Positions 55,854 to 64,000 of a stretch of 64,000 nucleotides of DNA are shown here, piece after piece. Within the stretch, counting starts at the first letter, position 1. Each line of letters opens with the position of its first letter. A program made the translations under genes and the position numbers. Source of the DNA: Octopus vulgaris (taxonomy: Eukaryota); the NCBI GenBank assembly GCA_951406725.2, contig OX597814.1, positions 158,844,001-158,908,000 of the forward strand, written 5' to 3'. The notes under the pieces are model-generated. The model saw nothing but the letters and a program-made list of their open reading frames with translations, did not search any database and was not told the DNA's origin.

Positions 55854-58296
55854 ATATATAGACATACATATACACACACACACACACATATATATATGTA
55901 TGTATATATTATATAAACATGTATACAGACATGGCCAGATATATTCATATATACATGTGCCATATGTATGTCAATGTATAAATACACACACTCATAAACA
56001 TAATTATATTGTATATCACATAATGTCTAATGTATCAGAAAATATTTGAAAATTCAAGAATTTTAAAGATATACTTACCTTCTCTTTAAACTAGCTTCTT
56101 GTTGTTTATTACTGATCTGAATAATTTCTTCCCGGAAAGCTTCTCTAGTGCTTTTCTTCACAAGAGATTTTATAGCAGGTTTTATTTCCAAATATCCTGG
56201 TGGTACCCATCCTTGTTTAGCAGGGGTACTTTTTGTTGGTTTTGTGCGAACAAGCCATTGTGAAGAATTTTCCATGTCCAAAACTTCTACAAACTGACCT
56301 TCACTGAGTCGAATGCTGTCAGTACAATCTTCATCTGGCTTGTAATCCGCAAGGACAACATAGATAGGAAATCCCTTTAAATTGCAATGAAGAAAATTCA
56401 TCAACTAAATATCATTGAAAACAAGTAGGCAAATATGGATTTAATATAATATAGAGTATCAACCAAAACTCATTCACATTATTACATTGGGTCATCCCAT
56501 AAATAATGCAGTTTTTTTATACTATCTAGTAGACTTGCAAAGATTCTCTTCTAAAATTCACTTGTGTGTAATGAAAAATACTCCTCCTGTTCTGACCTAG
56601 TCTACAGAATTCCTATTTTTTCCGTCCAAAAGATTTTGAAGACTGCAGAATAAATGATAATCAGATGGGACAATGTCCAGTGAATATGGTGGGCGGGGCA
56701 TCGTTTCCCATTCAAACTGCTCTAGTCTTTGGAATGTCATCCTTGCTGTATGTGGCTGAGCATTATCCTGGTGGAAGGACAACTTTCATCTTAAAAACAA
56801 AGATGGTTGTTTTTCTTCTAGCACTGACGTAAGCTGCTCAAGCTGCTCACAGTAGATCTAGTTTGTCCTCATTTGGTTTGTGTTTAAAAGTTTAAAGTGG
56901 ACTAAACCTTTCATATCCCACCAAACAGATAACAGCACCTTACATGGATGAAGACCTTCTTTAGCCTGGGGTGCCAGTGTTTTTCCTTTTCCTACCCACT
57001 GTCTTTGGCACTTGACATTTTTAAAGAGAACCAATTTCTCATCACCAGTCACTATTTGGTCCAAAAAGGTTCAATCATGAGATGTGGCAGTAAAGAAGAG
57101 CACATATTCACTCTCTGTGCATGATTAAACTCAGAAAGTTTGTGAGGAACCCATTGATCCATTTTGCTGACTTTTCCGATGACACACAGCTGTCGATGAA
57201 TGGTTGAAAGACCAAATCCAAGTATATCTGCTAGTTGCTTAACAGTTACAATGGGATTTTGTTCCACCACGGTTTGCAGGACGTCTTCGTTGAGTTCTAC
57301 AGATCTTCCAGGATGAGGCTTGTCTTCTTGGCTGTAGTTTCCAGCTCAGAATTTCTGGAAGCACCATTGACACTGGTTTACATTTATTGTCCAATCTCCA
57401 TATATTGCATTAATATTCCTTGCACTTTCTGTTGCATTGTTGTCTTTACTGAACTCATAATGCAAAATATGCAGAATATGCTCCTCTGTCACTTCCATTA
57501 TAGCTTTGAAAAATAACTGTTAAAATCGAACAACACTCTTCAAAACTTGCATGAAGAATAAGCACAAGGTAAAATTACAACCTGCTTTTATAGAAAGTTG
57601 ATGCAGGTAGTTTATCCTGTCCCCCTCCAACTTTTACTTCATGCAATTGAAAAAACCGCATTATTTATGGGATGACCCAATACTTAAATTTCAAATATAG
57701 TAACAGCAAAATTCATTTGGAGTCTTAGAATTACTCTAAATGTGTAAAACACTTAAATATATAATACACATGCTTTACTTCATGTAAAAAGCTGTCGTCT
57801 TCCTCTTCTGATGATAATACTTCAGGAGACATTCTACCACTTGGTGACTTTGATTTATGGTCCCTTTTCAGAGAAATTGAGTCTGAAATTTAAATTTATT
57901 CCAATTTAGATATTAATCAATAAGATTATCTTACATGATAACTACATAAAGTAAATAAGATGATTTTAATATTATGTATATTCAATTTCAATTCTTTCCA
58001 GAATACTGAATTCAAAGTAAATACTGAAGGGTTTCAGCTCATCTCACTTTCACATTATAAAGTAATATGGCATTTTAAAACAAGCATATATTTGTATGAA
58101 ACAAAATATTACAATTTAATGAACTCTTTAATCTTTTATGTATAATTATTGTTATACATATTTAAATATGCAGAAAGTATTTCAAAGAATGCATTCATTT
58201 TCTGCAAAACAATGTAACCCAAAAAGTATTATGGTATAATTTTAATTAATTAAAATTTTTTGGCTTATCATATTAGGTATGTTAGCACTCACTTTA

Positions 58297-58327
<31 letters not shown>

Positions 58328-59366
58328 TAGCACCATGCACTACTGGGATCCTCTACATACCCCAACAATTACCACTCTTTCTTTTTGGTTGTCATAATAC
58401 AAAGTATTTATTTTGAGTTAAATTATTTTCACTATACTGCCAAGGATCAGAAACACTCCCATTATTTTAAATGATTATATTCCAGAGTCGACTCCCTTGC
58501 CTTTTTTGACTAAAATTAATTATAATTGACATAATGATTTAGACTCAACAAAAACTGAATTCATTTAACAAAGTTTTCAGCTTAAATTTCTATTTTGGAA
58601 TGTTTCCATCCAATTGGTCGTTTTGATAATGATACTACTTTTCACATCAAACTAATTCAAATATTACATACCTTCTTTTGTTTTATCCATCGTTAGCATT
58701 TTTGAAGGAACAGTGCATACCTGTTACAAAACAAAAAGGATTAGATAAAAGAGAAAAATTAAATGAAATGATAGAGCATAGTTTTGATTTTCCTAATTCT
58801 GTAGTTATAGTAAACTTGAAACACCTCTGCATAAGTTTATAATTATTCATAAACAAATATAAATATTCTTATTACATTATAATAACACATTTTAGTTTTG
58901 TGGAAGATTAAGCAATTAAAAATCATTGAAGTATTAAAAGATATGGGTATTTTAATGTCTCAAAATAATTAGTACCTGATCCCTCCTTTCTAAACTTTGC
59001 ACAACCCACATTTCAGTGTCTGTTGAATTAAGGACCATTACTTGAACATCTTTTTGTAGTGTCACATTAGTTTTAGTGTCAGTAAAATCACACACAAGTG
59101 AATAGATTGGTACAGCATCCTACAAAACAATGGAAAAAAAACAGCTTTAACTAAAATCAAGCTGGTTTTAATTGTCTTATAAAATTTTCAAAAATCATAA
59201 GGTGTGGATATATATATATATATATACACATATAGCATCAGTAATGTATATAATATATTGTTGGATACCCTACACTATAATGCATATATATATTATGTAT
59301 ATATATATATATAGATAGATAGATATAGATATAGATATATATATATATGCATGAACATAGACACTG

Positions 59367-59418
<52 letters not shown>

Positions 59419-59685
59419 GCACATTCTTTTCCAATACTGAGTTTCATTTCTTTTTAGCTAGCTAGAATGGAAAAACATTTAAATTTTCAACCATTATTAA
59501 TATTGATAACTTTCTAAGTATGATGCTCTTTTGTGAAATTTTTTCTCTTCTTTTTGCAGAAGTTTTGCTTTTAAAATCTTAACTATATTATTAAAACCAT
59601 CACTTTGATTATTTATCTCAATACAAATGATTTACCTTTGTATCAGAAACAAAGTCAGCTTGCTGTCCATCTGGCTTTTCTAGAG
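897..59685 (-). CDS. OBSCN: Obscurin/UNC-89-like giant muscle protein, partial multi-exon gene model (SH3-like, SH3, DH, PH, Ig, PEVK-like repeat, 4xIg, 11xFn3)
   Basis: 33 exons with GT-AG ends join with matching phases into about 2530 aa with no stop. The SH3 ([10 protein letters not shown]...QGWV) and DH-PH (KRVEHL...[24 protein letters not shown]) segments closely resemble vertebrate obscurin as I recall it; orthology needs a phylogenetic check. Confidence 0.85.
1380..1949. repeat. Long intronic inverted repeat (arms about 1380-1558 and 1771-1949)
   Basis: The arms are reverse complements with about 10 mismatches in about 180 bp. The spacer is (TG)n plus a 130-bp copy of 5281-5410. Confidence 0.92.
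2048..2341 (-). CDS. Fn3 domain exon 10
   Basis: Core of ORF 2025..2384; 294 nt, phase 1-1. Confidence 0.92.
2897..3199 (-). CDS. Fn3 domain exon 9
   Basis: Core of ORF 2799..3188; 303 nt, phase 1-1. Confidence 0.92.
3500..4175 (+). repeat. Two diverged copies of about 250 bp (3500-3750, 3925-4175), possibly a non-autonomous Helitron-like element
   Basis: The direct copies align by eye. Each ends aagcaNgtgcttatgtagtacNCTAG (short palindrome plus CTAG), and the first starts A|TC. Confidence 0.6.
4746..5048 (-). CDS. Fn3 domain exon 8
   Basis: Core of ORF 4717..5037; 303 nt, phase 1-1. Confidence 0.92.
5281..5410 (+). repeat. 130-bp direct repeat of 1643-1772
   Basis: tgtttacaaaaatacttaattc...atcaaaacaaggtatttcta is near-identical at both sites. 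Confidence 0.92.
6035..6337 (-). CDS. Fn3 domain exon 7
   Basis: Core of ORF 5994..6329; 303 nt, phase 1-1. Confidence 0.92.
8248..8550 (-). CDS. Fn3 domain exon 6
   Basis: Core of ORF 8216..8590; 303 nt, phase 1-1. Confidence 0.92.
8934..9233 (-). CDS. Fn3 domain exon 5
   Basis: Core of ORF 8926..9288; 300 nt, phase 1-1. Confidence 0.92.
10889..11191 (-). CDS. Fn3 domain exon 4
   Basis: Core of ORF 10881..11216; 303 nt, phase 1-1. Confidence 0.92.
11652..11954 (-). CDS. Fn3 domain exon 3 (absent from ORF track)
   Basis: Hand translation [32 protein letters not shown]...[13 protein letters not shown]...[24 protein letters not shown]; 303 nt, phase 1-1. Confidence 0.92.
12715..13390 (-). 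mobile_element. Decayed Helitron RepHel fragment
   Basis: Minus-strand translation gives [68 protein letters not shown] and [19 protein letters not shown]. These are hallmark Helitron Rep-region motifs, broken by stops and frameshifts. Confidence 0.85.
14360..14600 (+). mobile_element. SINE fragment
   Basis: The ctccagtccactcagctggcaaaaatgagttg core resembles the SINE at about 22975-23295; flanked by microsatellites. Confidence 0.5.
17970..18281 (-). CDS. Fn3 domain exon 2
   Basis: TRLAW...YRLE...W...[15 protein letters not shown]; 312 nt, phase 1-1. Confidence 0.92.
18998..19297 (-). CDS. Fn3 domain exon 1
   Basis: SARLSW...YSIESRE...W...[15 protein letters not shown]; phase 1-1. An alternative in-frame acceptor would end the exon at 19279. 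Confidence 0.9.
19726..20283 (-). mobile_element. hAT (Buster/Charlie-type) internal-deletion derivative
   Basis: TIR-like ends CAGGGGTTGG...GCTGACCCTTG with a degenerate 8-bp TSD carrying central TA (tattaaag/cattatag). The minus strand encodes the hAT dimerisation motif [26 protein letters not shown]. Confidence 0.8.
20861..20956 (-). CDS. Exon: Ig-to-Fn3 linker ([32 protein letters not shown])
   Basis: TATAG acceptor, GTAAGT donor; 96 nt, phase 1-1, open. Confidence 0.75.
21150..21450 (+). mobile_element. Decayed RTE-type LINE fragment
   Basis: [35 protein letters not shown] resembles the RTE post-RT motif TKLKVY..VV..TLLYGCETW...LERFH. Confidence 0.55.
21460..21990 (-). mobile_element. 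Decayed RLE-type (R4/Dong/NeSL-like) non-LTR retrotransposon C-terminus
   Basis: [24 protein letters not shown] resembles the zinc knuckle plus RHD motif. It is followed by NIMIWD..K.CTVLE, like the PD..(D/E) restriction-like endonuclease. Confidence 0.5.
22195..22367 (-). CDS. Exon: second half of Ig5
   Basis: [46 protein letters not shown]; phase 2 to 1. Confidence 0.9.
22975..23295 (-). mobile_element. tRNA-derived SINE
   Basis: The minus strand reads gagttcaattccc (B-box-like) then gttcttgagcaagacactttatttcac...gactcagct, a typical SINE central domain; flanked by (AT)n. Confidence 0.65.
23325..23745 (+). mobile_element. RTE-LINE 3' end / related SINE with (GAT)n tail
   Basis: gagtggttggcgttaggaagggcatccagctgtagaaac...ggacgttaaac(gat)n; the same 3' end as the RTE fragments at 35780-36937 and 60618-61641. 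Confidence 0.8.
24244..24375 (-). CDS. Exon: first half of Ig5
   Basis: [36 protein letters not shown]; phase 2-2. Confidence 0.9.
24700..24850 (-). mobile_element. SINE of a second abundant family (diverged copies also near 9880, 10200, 44860, 47050, 48020, 51500)
   Basis: Shared motif ttctgagttcaaattcc..aggtcaactttgcctttcatc...aataagt (B-box-like sequence plus conserved core). Confidence 0.6.
25040..25500 (+). mobile_element. Decayed RTE-type reverse transcriptase fragment
   Basis: IARKMLAK...PESQYSF...[24 protein letters not shown] matches the RT motif GKILAR..LPESQCGFR..DMIF..RQLQEKCREQ..LYIAF. Confidence 0.6.
25620..25786 (-). CDS. Exon: second half of Ig4
   Basis: [48 protein letters not shown]; phase 0 to 2. 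Not in the ORF track. Confidence 0.9.
26042..26511 (-). CDS. Exon: Ig3 and first half of Ig4
   Basis: [10 protein letters not shown]...[15 protein letters not shown]...[14 protein letters not shown]...[10 protein letters not shown]...[16 protein letters not shown]; phase 1 to 0. Confidence 0.93.
26860..27240 (-). mobile_element. CR1/L2-group LINE 3' fragment
   Basis: ORF 26910..27173: [20 protein letters not shown]...[16 protein letters not shown]...SNSILHQ, a typical ORF2 C-terminus. Confidence 0.7.
29118..29386 (+). mobile_element. RTE 3' end / SINE copy with (GAT)n tail
   Basis: Same sequence family as 23325-23745; CpG-rich, so probably a young copy. Confidence 0.8.
30529..30704 (-). CDS. 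Exon: second half of Ig2
   Basis: MKEGKVI...[27 protein letters not shown]; phase 2 to 1. Confidence 0.92.
31560..32541 (-). CDS. Exon: PEVK-like tandem repeat and first half of Ig2
   Basis: 982-nt exon, phase 1 to 2. About 18 x [14 protein letters not shown], then [10 protein letters not shown]...[21 protein letters not shown]. Confidence 0.9.
31728..32485 (-). repeat. Coding minisatellite, 42-bp unit x about 18
   Basis: The plus-strand unit ggtttcttaatctcagcagcgacctctggtactgctacttct recurs with few substitutions; 18 units counted. Confidence 0.95.
33170..33406 (-). CDS. Exon: Ig I-set domain 1
   Basis: [23 protein letters not shown]...[12 protein letters not shown]; phase 1-1. Confidence 0.92.
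34099..34262. mobile_element. piggyBac-like MITE with TTAA TSD
   Basis: TTAA|CCCTT...AAGGG|TTAA; homologous to 54866-55086. Confidence 0.7.
34580..34699 (-). CDS. Exon: linker and start of Ig1 ([40 protein letters not shown])
   Basis: TTACAG acceptor, GTAAAG donor. The P.F.K I-set start continues in frame into the next exon. Confidence 0.82.
35326..35499 (-). CDS. Exon: charged/coiled linker after PH
   Basis: Core of ORF 35291..35545 ([16 protein letters not shown]...); phase 1-1. Confidence 0.8.
35780..36937 (+). mobile_element. 5'-truncated RTE LINE (ORF end, repetitive 3' UTR, (GAT)n tail)
   Basis: KFRELLPLL...[10 protein letters not shown]...[16 protein letters not shown]...[10 protein letters not shown]...WYGHVMHM...GRGRPRKT, with frameshifts. 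Confidence 0.85.
37241..37466. repeat. Compound (AT)n/(ATGT)n microsatellite (one of many; others near 1560, 14290, 14760, 16430, 17000, 22900, 33080, 38280, 46660, 47300, 49730, 55780, 59370)
   Basis: Directly visible simple repeats. Confidence 0.95.
37467..37703 (-). mobile_element. RTE 3' end / SINE copy, inverted
   Basis: Reverse complement of the family at 29118-29386, with a (CAT)n tail on the plus strand. Confidence 0.8.
37762..37816 (-). ncRNA. Minimal type I hammerhead ribozyme (Penelope/retrozyme-like)
   Basis: The minus strand reads AACAAAAA-CUGU-CCGACGA-ACG(GGAA)CGU-GAAA-CUC-C-GAG-UA/ACAG-G-UUUUGUU. Stems I, II and III all pair. The core is CUGANGA with a U4C change, followed by GAAA and a GUA cleavage triplet. 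Confidence 0.75.
37845..38277 (+). mobile_element. CR1/L2-group LINE 3' fragment (second family)
   Basis: [12 protein letters not shown]...[17 protein letters not shown]...[16 protein letters not shown]...NSLLE, inserted in (AT)n. Confidence 0.7.
38489..38645 (-). CDS. Exon: PH C-terminus ([20 protein letters not shown]...[22 protein letters not shown])
   Basis: FELW strand and K..W...I helix of a PH domain. TTCAG acceptor, GTATAC donor; phase 0 to 1. Confidence 0.9.
41062..41214 (-). CDS. Exon: PH domain (DDVQIWD...[20 protein letters not shown]...FAFKSLID)
   Basis: R..FLF...L.. PH motif typical of DH-PH tandems. TTCAG acceptor, GTAAGT donor. Confidence 0.9.
41368..41690 (-). mobile_element. 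Diverged RTE 3' end / SINE copy with internal tandem gtgccatttacatgaca units
   Basis: tcatcattcaacatccac...ggctggatgcccttcc is homologous to 37467-37703. Confidence 0.65.
41727..41891 (-). CDS. Exon: DH C-terminus and PH start (DCLRYT...[28 protein letters not shown])
   Basis: TTTAG acceptor, GTAAGA donor; 165 nt, phase 0-0. Confidence 0.88.
43376..43459 (-). CDS. Exon: DH domain CR3 ([28 protein letters not shown])
   Basis: TATAG acceptor, GTAAGT donor. Aligns by eye to the DH consensus L..YLIKPVQRI..Y.LLLK. Confidence 0.85.
45639..45731 (-). CDS. Exon: DH domain ([31 protein letters not shown])
   Basis: TATAG acceptor, GTATCT donor; 93 nt, phase 0-0. F..Y..(Y/F) DH pattern. Confidence 0.85.
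46166..46235 (-). CDS. Exon: DH domain ([24 protein letters not shown])
   Basis: TTCAG acceptor, GTGAGT donor; phase 2 to 0. Confidence 0.85.
48217..48387 (-). CDS. Exon: DH/RhoGEF domain start ([17 protein letters not shown]...[12 protein letters not shown])
   Basis: DH conserved-region-1 motif TEREY and LFGNI..IY.FH. AACAG acceptor, GTAAGT donor; phase 2-2. Confidence 0.92.
50340..50396 (-). CDS. Putative 57-nt cassette exon between SH3 and DH ([20 protein letters not shown])
   Basis: TTTCTTGTAG acceptor and GTGAGT donor. Symmetric phase 2-2, open in the gene's frame, and GC-richer than the flanking intron. Confidence 0.6.
54866..55086. mobile_element. piggyBac-like MITE with TTAA TSD
   Basis: TTAA|CCCTTTAGCA...TGCTAAAGGA|TTAA; the internal sequence is shared with 34099-34262. 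Confidence 0.7.
56079..56374 (-). CDS. Exon: obscurin-type SH3 domain
   Basis: [13 protein letters not shown]...[11 protein letters not shown]...[24 protein letters not shown] (ORF 56075..56404). GTAAGT donor; phase 0 to 2. Confidence 0.92.
56487..57680 (-). mobile_element. Mariner (DD34D) DNA transposon, decayed
   Basis: About 30-bp TIRs TTGGGTCATCCCATAAATAATGC(A/G)GTTTTTT; TSD TA on the right and CA on the left. The transposase starts at ATG 57498 and has WVPHKL, TGDEK, QDNAQPH and [14 protein letters not shown] with 34-aa D-D spacing, plus stops and frameshifts. Confidence 0.93.
57779..57882 (-). CDS. Exon: Ser/acidic linker ([35 protein letters not shown])
   Basis: TTTCAG acceptor, GTAAAG donor; 104 nt, phase 1 to 0. 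Confidence 0.8.
58672..58720 (-). CDS. Exon: degenerate SH3-like domain, part 2 ([16 protein letters not shown])
   Basis: AACAG acceptor, GTATGT donor; 49 nt, phase 0 to 1. Confidence 0.75.
58976..59119 (-). CDS. Exon: degenerate SH3-like domain, part 1
   Basis: TTGTAG acceptor and GTACT donor; 144 nt, phase 0-0. Translates [48 protein letters not shown]. Confidence 0.8.
59636..59685 (-). CDS. Obscurin-like exon (linker [17 protein letters not shown]), most 5' exon found
   Basis: Strong polypyrimidine tract with TAAG acceptor (an in-frame alternative TAG lies 6 nt downstream). GTAAAT donor. Phase 1 to 0, in frame with the next exon. Confidence 0.7.
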
Positions 59686-60617
59686 CTTAAGAAGAAGGGA
59701 AAGGAGGAATTAAGATTTTATGCCTAGCACATTACACAAATAATTATGTCTAAGAGTAAAAAAAAAATATATGAAACTGTTAAAAGAAATAAAAACAGTT
59801 AAAAGAACAAAACGGATAAAATAATATGTTCAAAAATTAAATCAGAGAACTTGAAGGAAGCGCTTCTGCAAAGCCTGAGCTCAGATGGCTAAAACAAATT
59901 TACAGAAGAACAAAACAACTTTTCAAATAGTAAATATATAATTTAGAATCAAAAAGTTATTACCATATTTTAACAATTTCTTTTTCTATATATGTTATGA
60001 GTAAACTTCTCTACATTATAGAGAGACATGCATCAAGTTGTTGTTTGCTTGATAATTTTCTTCTTTATCCCAGTTTTCAAAGATTTTTATAAAAAAATGT
60101 CCTAACATCTTTTTAAAGAAGCCTAGCTCATTAATTAATGATATATGAACATGTAAAATGTGAATAAACAGTGACATGAATTTGAAAAAGTTTCTGTTCT
60201 GATATTAACTAGACAGCAGAGAACACGCATATAAATCACCTTGCAAGGTGCTACCATTCAAAGCAAAATAATAAATAATAATAGGAAACCTTTGCGACAT
60301 AAACAGACTCATAAAGAATATAATGATACATAAAAAAAAAACTGTGCCGCAGTTGTCAATTGTGAGATTGCCAGAGAATATAGTAAGAGAGAAATAAAGT
60401 CACATCATAGAAAAATATTCTACATTGGTCATAAATATATATATAAATTTTTGTTTTTTACTTTATTTTATTCTTTAGGCATGGAAGCAAAATATTGCTC
60501 ATTCCAGACGTATAAGTTTACATGATCCATCCAGCTTATATGTATATGCATATATGAAGACCCATATATGCATAGATATTGTCATCACTGTCACCATCAT
60601 TATCTTTGTAACTTTTG

Positions 60618-61641
60618 TCATCATCATCATCATCCTCATCATCATTTAACATCCACTTTCCATGATAGCATGGGTTGGATGATTTGACTGAGGACTGGCA
60701 AACCAGATGGCTACACCAGACTCCAATCTGATCTGGAAGAGTTTCTACAGCTGGATGCCCTTTCTAACGCCAACCACTCTGAGAGTGTAGTGGGTGCTTT
60801 TACATGCCACCAGCATGATGGCTAATCAGGTGGTACTGGTAATGGCCACGCTCAAACGGTGTTTTTACATGCCACCTGCACAGGAGCCAGTCCAGTGGCA
60901 CTGGCAACGACCTAGCTCAAATGTTTTTTCATGTGCCACTGGCATTTTTACGTGCCACTGGCATGGAAGCCGGTCAGCTGCTCTGACAATGATCACACTC
61001 GGATGGCACTCCATTGGCATGGGTGCCAGTCATCAAATTTGATTCGATTTCGATTTCACTTGCTTGAACAGGTCTTTGCAAGCAGAGTTTAGTGTCCAAT
61101 GAAGGAAAGATATGCATAAATAGGCTGGTTACACCCCTGGCATATGCCACAGGTTATGGTCTCACTTGCCAGGTCTTCTCACACACTGCATATTTCCAAA
61201 GGTCTCGGTCACTAGTCATTGCCTCGGTGAGGCCTAATGTTTGAAGGTTGTGCTTCACCACCTCATCCCAGATCTTCCTGGGTCTACCTTTTCCACAGGT
61301 TCCCTCAACTGCTAAGGTGTGGCACTTTTTCACACAGCTATCCTCATCTATTCTTACTACATGACAATACCAGTGCAGTTGTCTCTCTTGCACACCACAT
61401 CGGATGCTTCTTAGGTCCAACTTTTCTCTCAAGGTACTTACACTCTGTCGAGTATGCACACTGACATTACACATCCAGCAGATCATACTGGCTTCATTCC
61501 TTGTGAGCTTACGCATGTCCTCAGCAGTCATGGCCCATGTTTCACTGCCATGTAGCATGGCTGTTCATACACATGCGTCATTCAGTCTACCTTTTACTCT
61601 GAGCAAGAGGCCCTTTGTCACCAGTAGAGGTAGGAGCTCTC
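60618..61641 (-). mobile_element. 5'-truncated RTE LINE
   Basis: ORF 61154..61558 MLHGSETWAMT...WYCHVVRI...GRPRKIWDEVV...DRDLWK, then a 3' UTR and a tail reading (CAT)n on the plus strand. Confidence 0.85.
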
Positions 61642-62863
61642 TGTATATATATATATTTGCATGCATAATCATAAATACATTTATATATGTATGTGTATAT
61701 ATATCCATATGCTTGTGTAGATAGATAGTAGACAGACAGACAGATAAACAGGAAAATTGACAGAGAGATTGACAAGTGGATATTAAGTCAGTTGAAGGAA
61801 GGCGACAGAGCCAAAATTTTACAGTAGCTCAACATATCCCCATAAAAATTATACATGTGTGCATGCATGTATACATGCATGTATACATGAAACCATTGTA
61901 AGATTTTGACAGAACAGAGAACTAGTAATATAGATAAGTATAAGCTCATGAATTCAATCAAAATATATAAAAGAATATTACTCTACCTGGCTTAATAAAC
62001 AAAGGGTTATAGAAACCAATGTAAATGTTATGGAAAGCATCTGTATTTCATGTCTGTTATCAGTGGTTCTTAATTATTTACATTCTCATTTTGACTCTCT
62101 TGATGCATTTCCTTAAAAGCCTTATATTAAAAATATGGTTTCCTAGACTTTTGTTTTCTAGACTACAGCTTATTTCTTTGAATTTTATAGGTCATGCTCA
62201 TAATTTAACTATTCAAATATTGCTTATGAATGAATGATGTTAAAAAAAATGAATATTTTCCATCAACTTGAAAAGCAGATATTATGATTAAGAAATAACA
62301 TAACAGTTGCATTTAGAACAGCGTTCTCAAATACCTTCAAATAATGGTTGTCAAATAAAAATTTAAAAAATGCAAAGCTCAAAACCTTGCTATTAAAGCA
62401 ATTTTAGAAATAAAAAATCTTTGAAAGCATAAAGAAAATGTGCACAAATTATCCATGCTACAAAATTGTTAGACATTATGAAATATTTGTCAGAACGGTA
62501 TTATTTAGAGACAAATTTTAGGCTAGTGCTTAAAGCCACTGTTTGAAAATAAAAATGCATTTTTAAAATTTCAGTCCATTACAAAAATAGAAAGAAATTT
62601 GCTAATTTAAATCACAAGGCTGGCAAATTTTATATATTTGAAGATGCTAACTATTAAGAATAATTTAACTGGATAAAATAAATTCACAACTCAATGAATA
62701 ACAACTTCGTTCTAAAATGTAGTATTGTAGCTCAGCTTTAAATGCCTCCATATTACTGATTTTCTTATTCAAAGAATCACATAGATGTTTAATGACTTTT
62801 TAGCATGACTAATTTTTCAATAAGTTTCTCATTTGATGTACTTAAACAAACAAACAAACAAAT

Positions 62864-62895
<32 letters not shown>

Positions 62896-64000
62896 TAAAT
62901 CAGAACTAATCAATAAAGTTTTTTCCTAATATCAGAGTATATAATTACATTTTGTTAAGAGTTAAATGTCTCTGAAAATAATTGATTCTCGAAGAATAAT
63001 AAGTGAGATATTATAGCCGAGGCATCGTGGTTATTAAGTCTATCTTTATCAAGCAATGCTTAAGCATACATCTAGTGTGAAGGTAAGTAATTGAATATGT
63101 GAGACATTGCATCCTCATATATGTGATGTTTCAGTAATTTTCCAGGGTCACTGAACTCTGCTATGCAGAGACTGGCTGTTTGATTTCAGATAAATTGTTA
63201 TTAAGATTTGGTCTTTAATGATTGCTATTGAGGAGGGAGAAGTAGATTTTGTTTGTTCATTAGCTTTAATTACCTTAACTTAATTAGGAGGTCCTTGGCA
63301 ATACAGCACATCTGAATTTGGCTCCTTATAATGTGGTTGTTTTAATATGAGAGTCTATGTTGTTTGTATGTGTTCATATTGGATAAAAGTTATGTTTTTA
63401 GAATAGCACTGAAATATTATTCTGACGAGATTTTAAATTCTCAAAATATTTGCAGTTGATCAGAGATATTTTGTGGTTTGAAGCATGGAGAGAACATAAC
63501 CCAAACTAAATCAGTGTTGAAATTGGAAATTGGGGTTGATTGTACTAATGAGGAATAAGATAGTACTGAGAGTTTGCAACTAAAGTATTTTCATAGATTT
63601 AAAAAGATAAAACATTTCCACATGGTAGAATGTGGCAAGTACTAAACTGAGTGAAGAAAAACTTACAAAGAAATAGATAGACTATGTCTTACATTTAGTT
63701 ACACAAATATAATGAAATAGGATAATATATGTGTAACATTATAAAAAAAGAAGGCTGTATTGAATAATGTCCTAAATGTTCAAAAATGTAGGATGATTGC
63801 CTTTGATCACAGGTTTAGTCAATCAAGATTGACTTTGGGTTAAACAACAACCACAATTAGTGTTATAACATTTTTCATAAATCAAATATAAGTTAACATT
63901 GCTAACTAAACTTCAAATAATCAATAATGATAATAATCTATTGTGATATAAGTATATATATACATCTATTATTTTAGAGATTATTATATTGGAAAAAATG

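Noticed and set aside
48217-56374. Trio/kalirin as the gene identity
   Set aside because: There is a single DH-PH followed by many I-set Ig domains, the SH3 and PH signatures look like obscurin, and no spectrin repeats or Sec14 domain are seen in the window.
61987-62040. Possible upstream exon (CCAG|GTAGAG donor; reads DAFHNIYIGFYNPLFIKP in phase 1-1, or signal-peptide-like MLSITFTLVSITLCLLSQ)
   Set aside because: The acceptor has no polypyrimidine tract and no domain is recognisable; it cannot be supported without RNA data.
63000-63600. Slightly GC-richer stretch that might be coding
   Set aside because: Stops in the frames I read and no motif I could identify; probably a decayed repeat.

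Overview
AT-rich animal genomic DNA with many microsatellites. The repeat content suggests an octopus or other coleoid cephalopod (inference). It is not prokaryotic. Almost the whole window is one minus-strand, multi-exon gene of the obscurin/UNC-89 family of giant muscle proteins. I assembled 33 GT-AG exons by hand that join in one frame (about 7590 nt, about 2530 aa; the 5' start was not found), plus one likely cassette exon. Domain order: degenerate SH3, obscurin-type SH3, DH (RhoGEF), PH, Ig, a PEVK-like repeat (18 x 14 aa), 4 more Ig, then 11 uninterrupted Fn3 domains, each on its own phase 1-1 exon. A candidate stop-containing terminal exon lies near position 380. The introns hold a decayed DD34D mariner, a hAT/Buster derivative, a Helitron RepHel fragment, piggyBac-like MITEs, RTE/CR1/RLE LINE fragments and SINEs. 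Three intronic signals stand out: a well-formed type I hammerhead ribozyme on the pre-mRNA strand (about 37762-37816), a 180-bp inverted repeat with a templated insert, and inverted SINE-like pairs. Coordinates were counted by hand and may be off by a few bases. No database searches were run.
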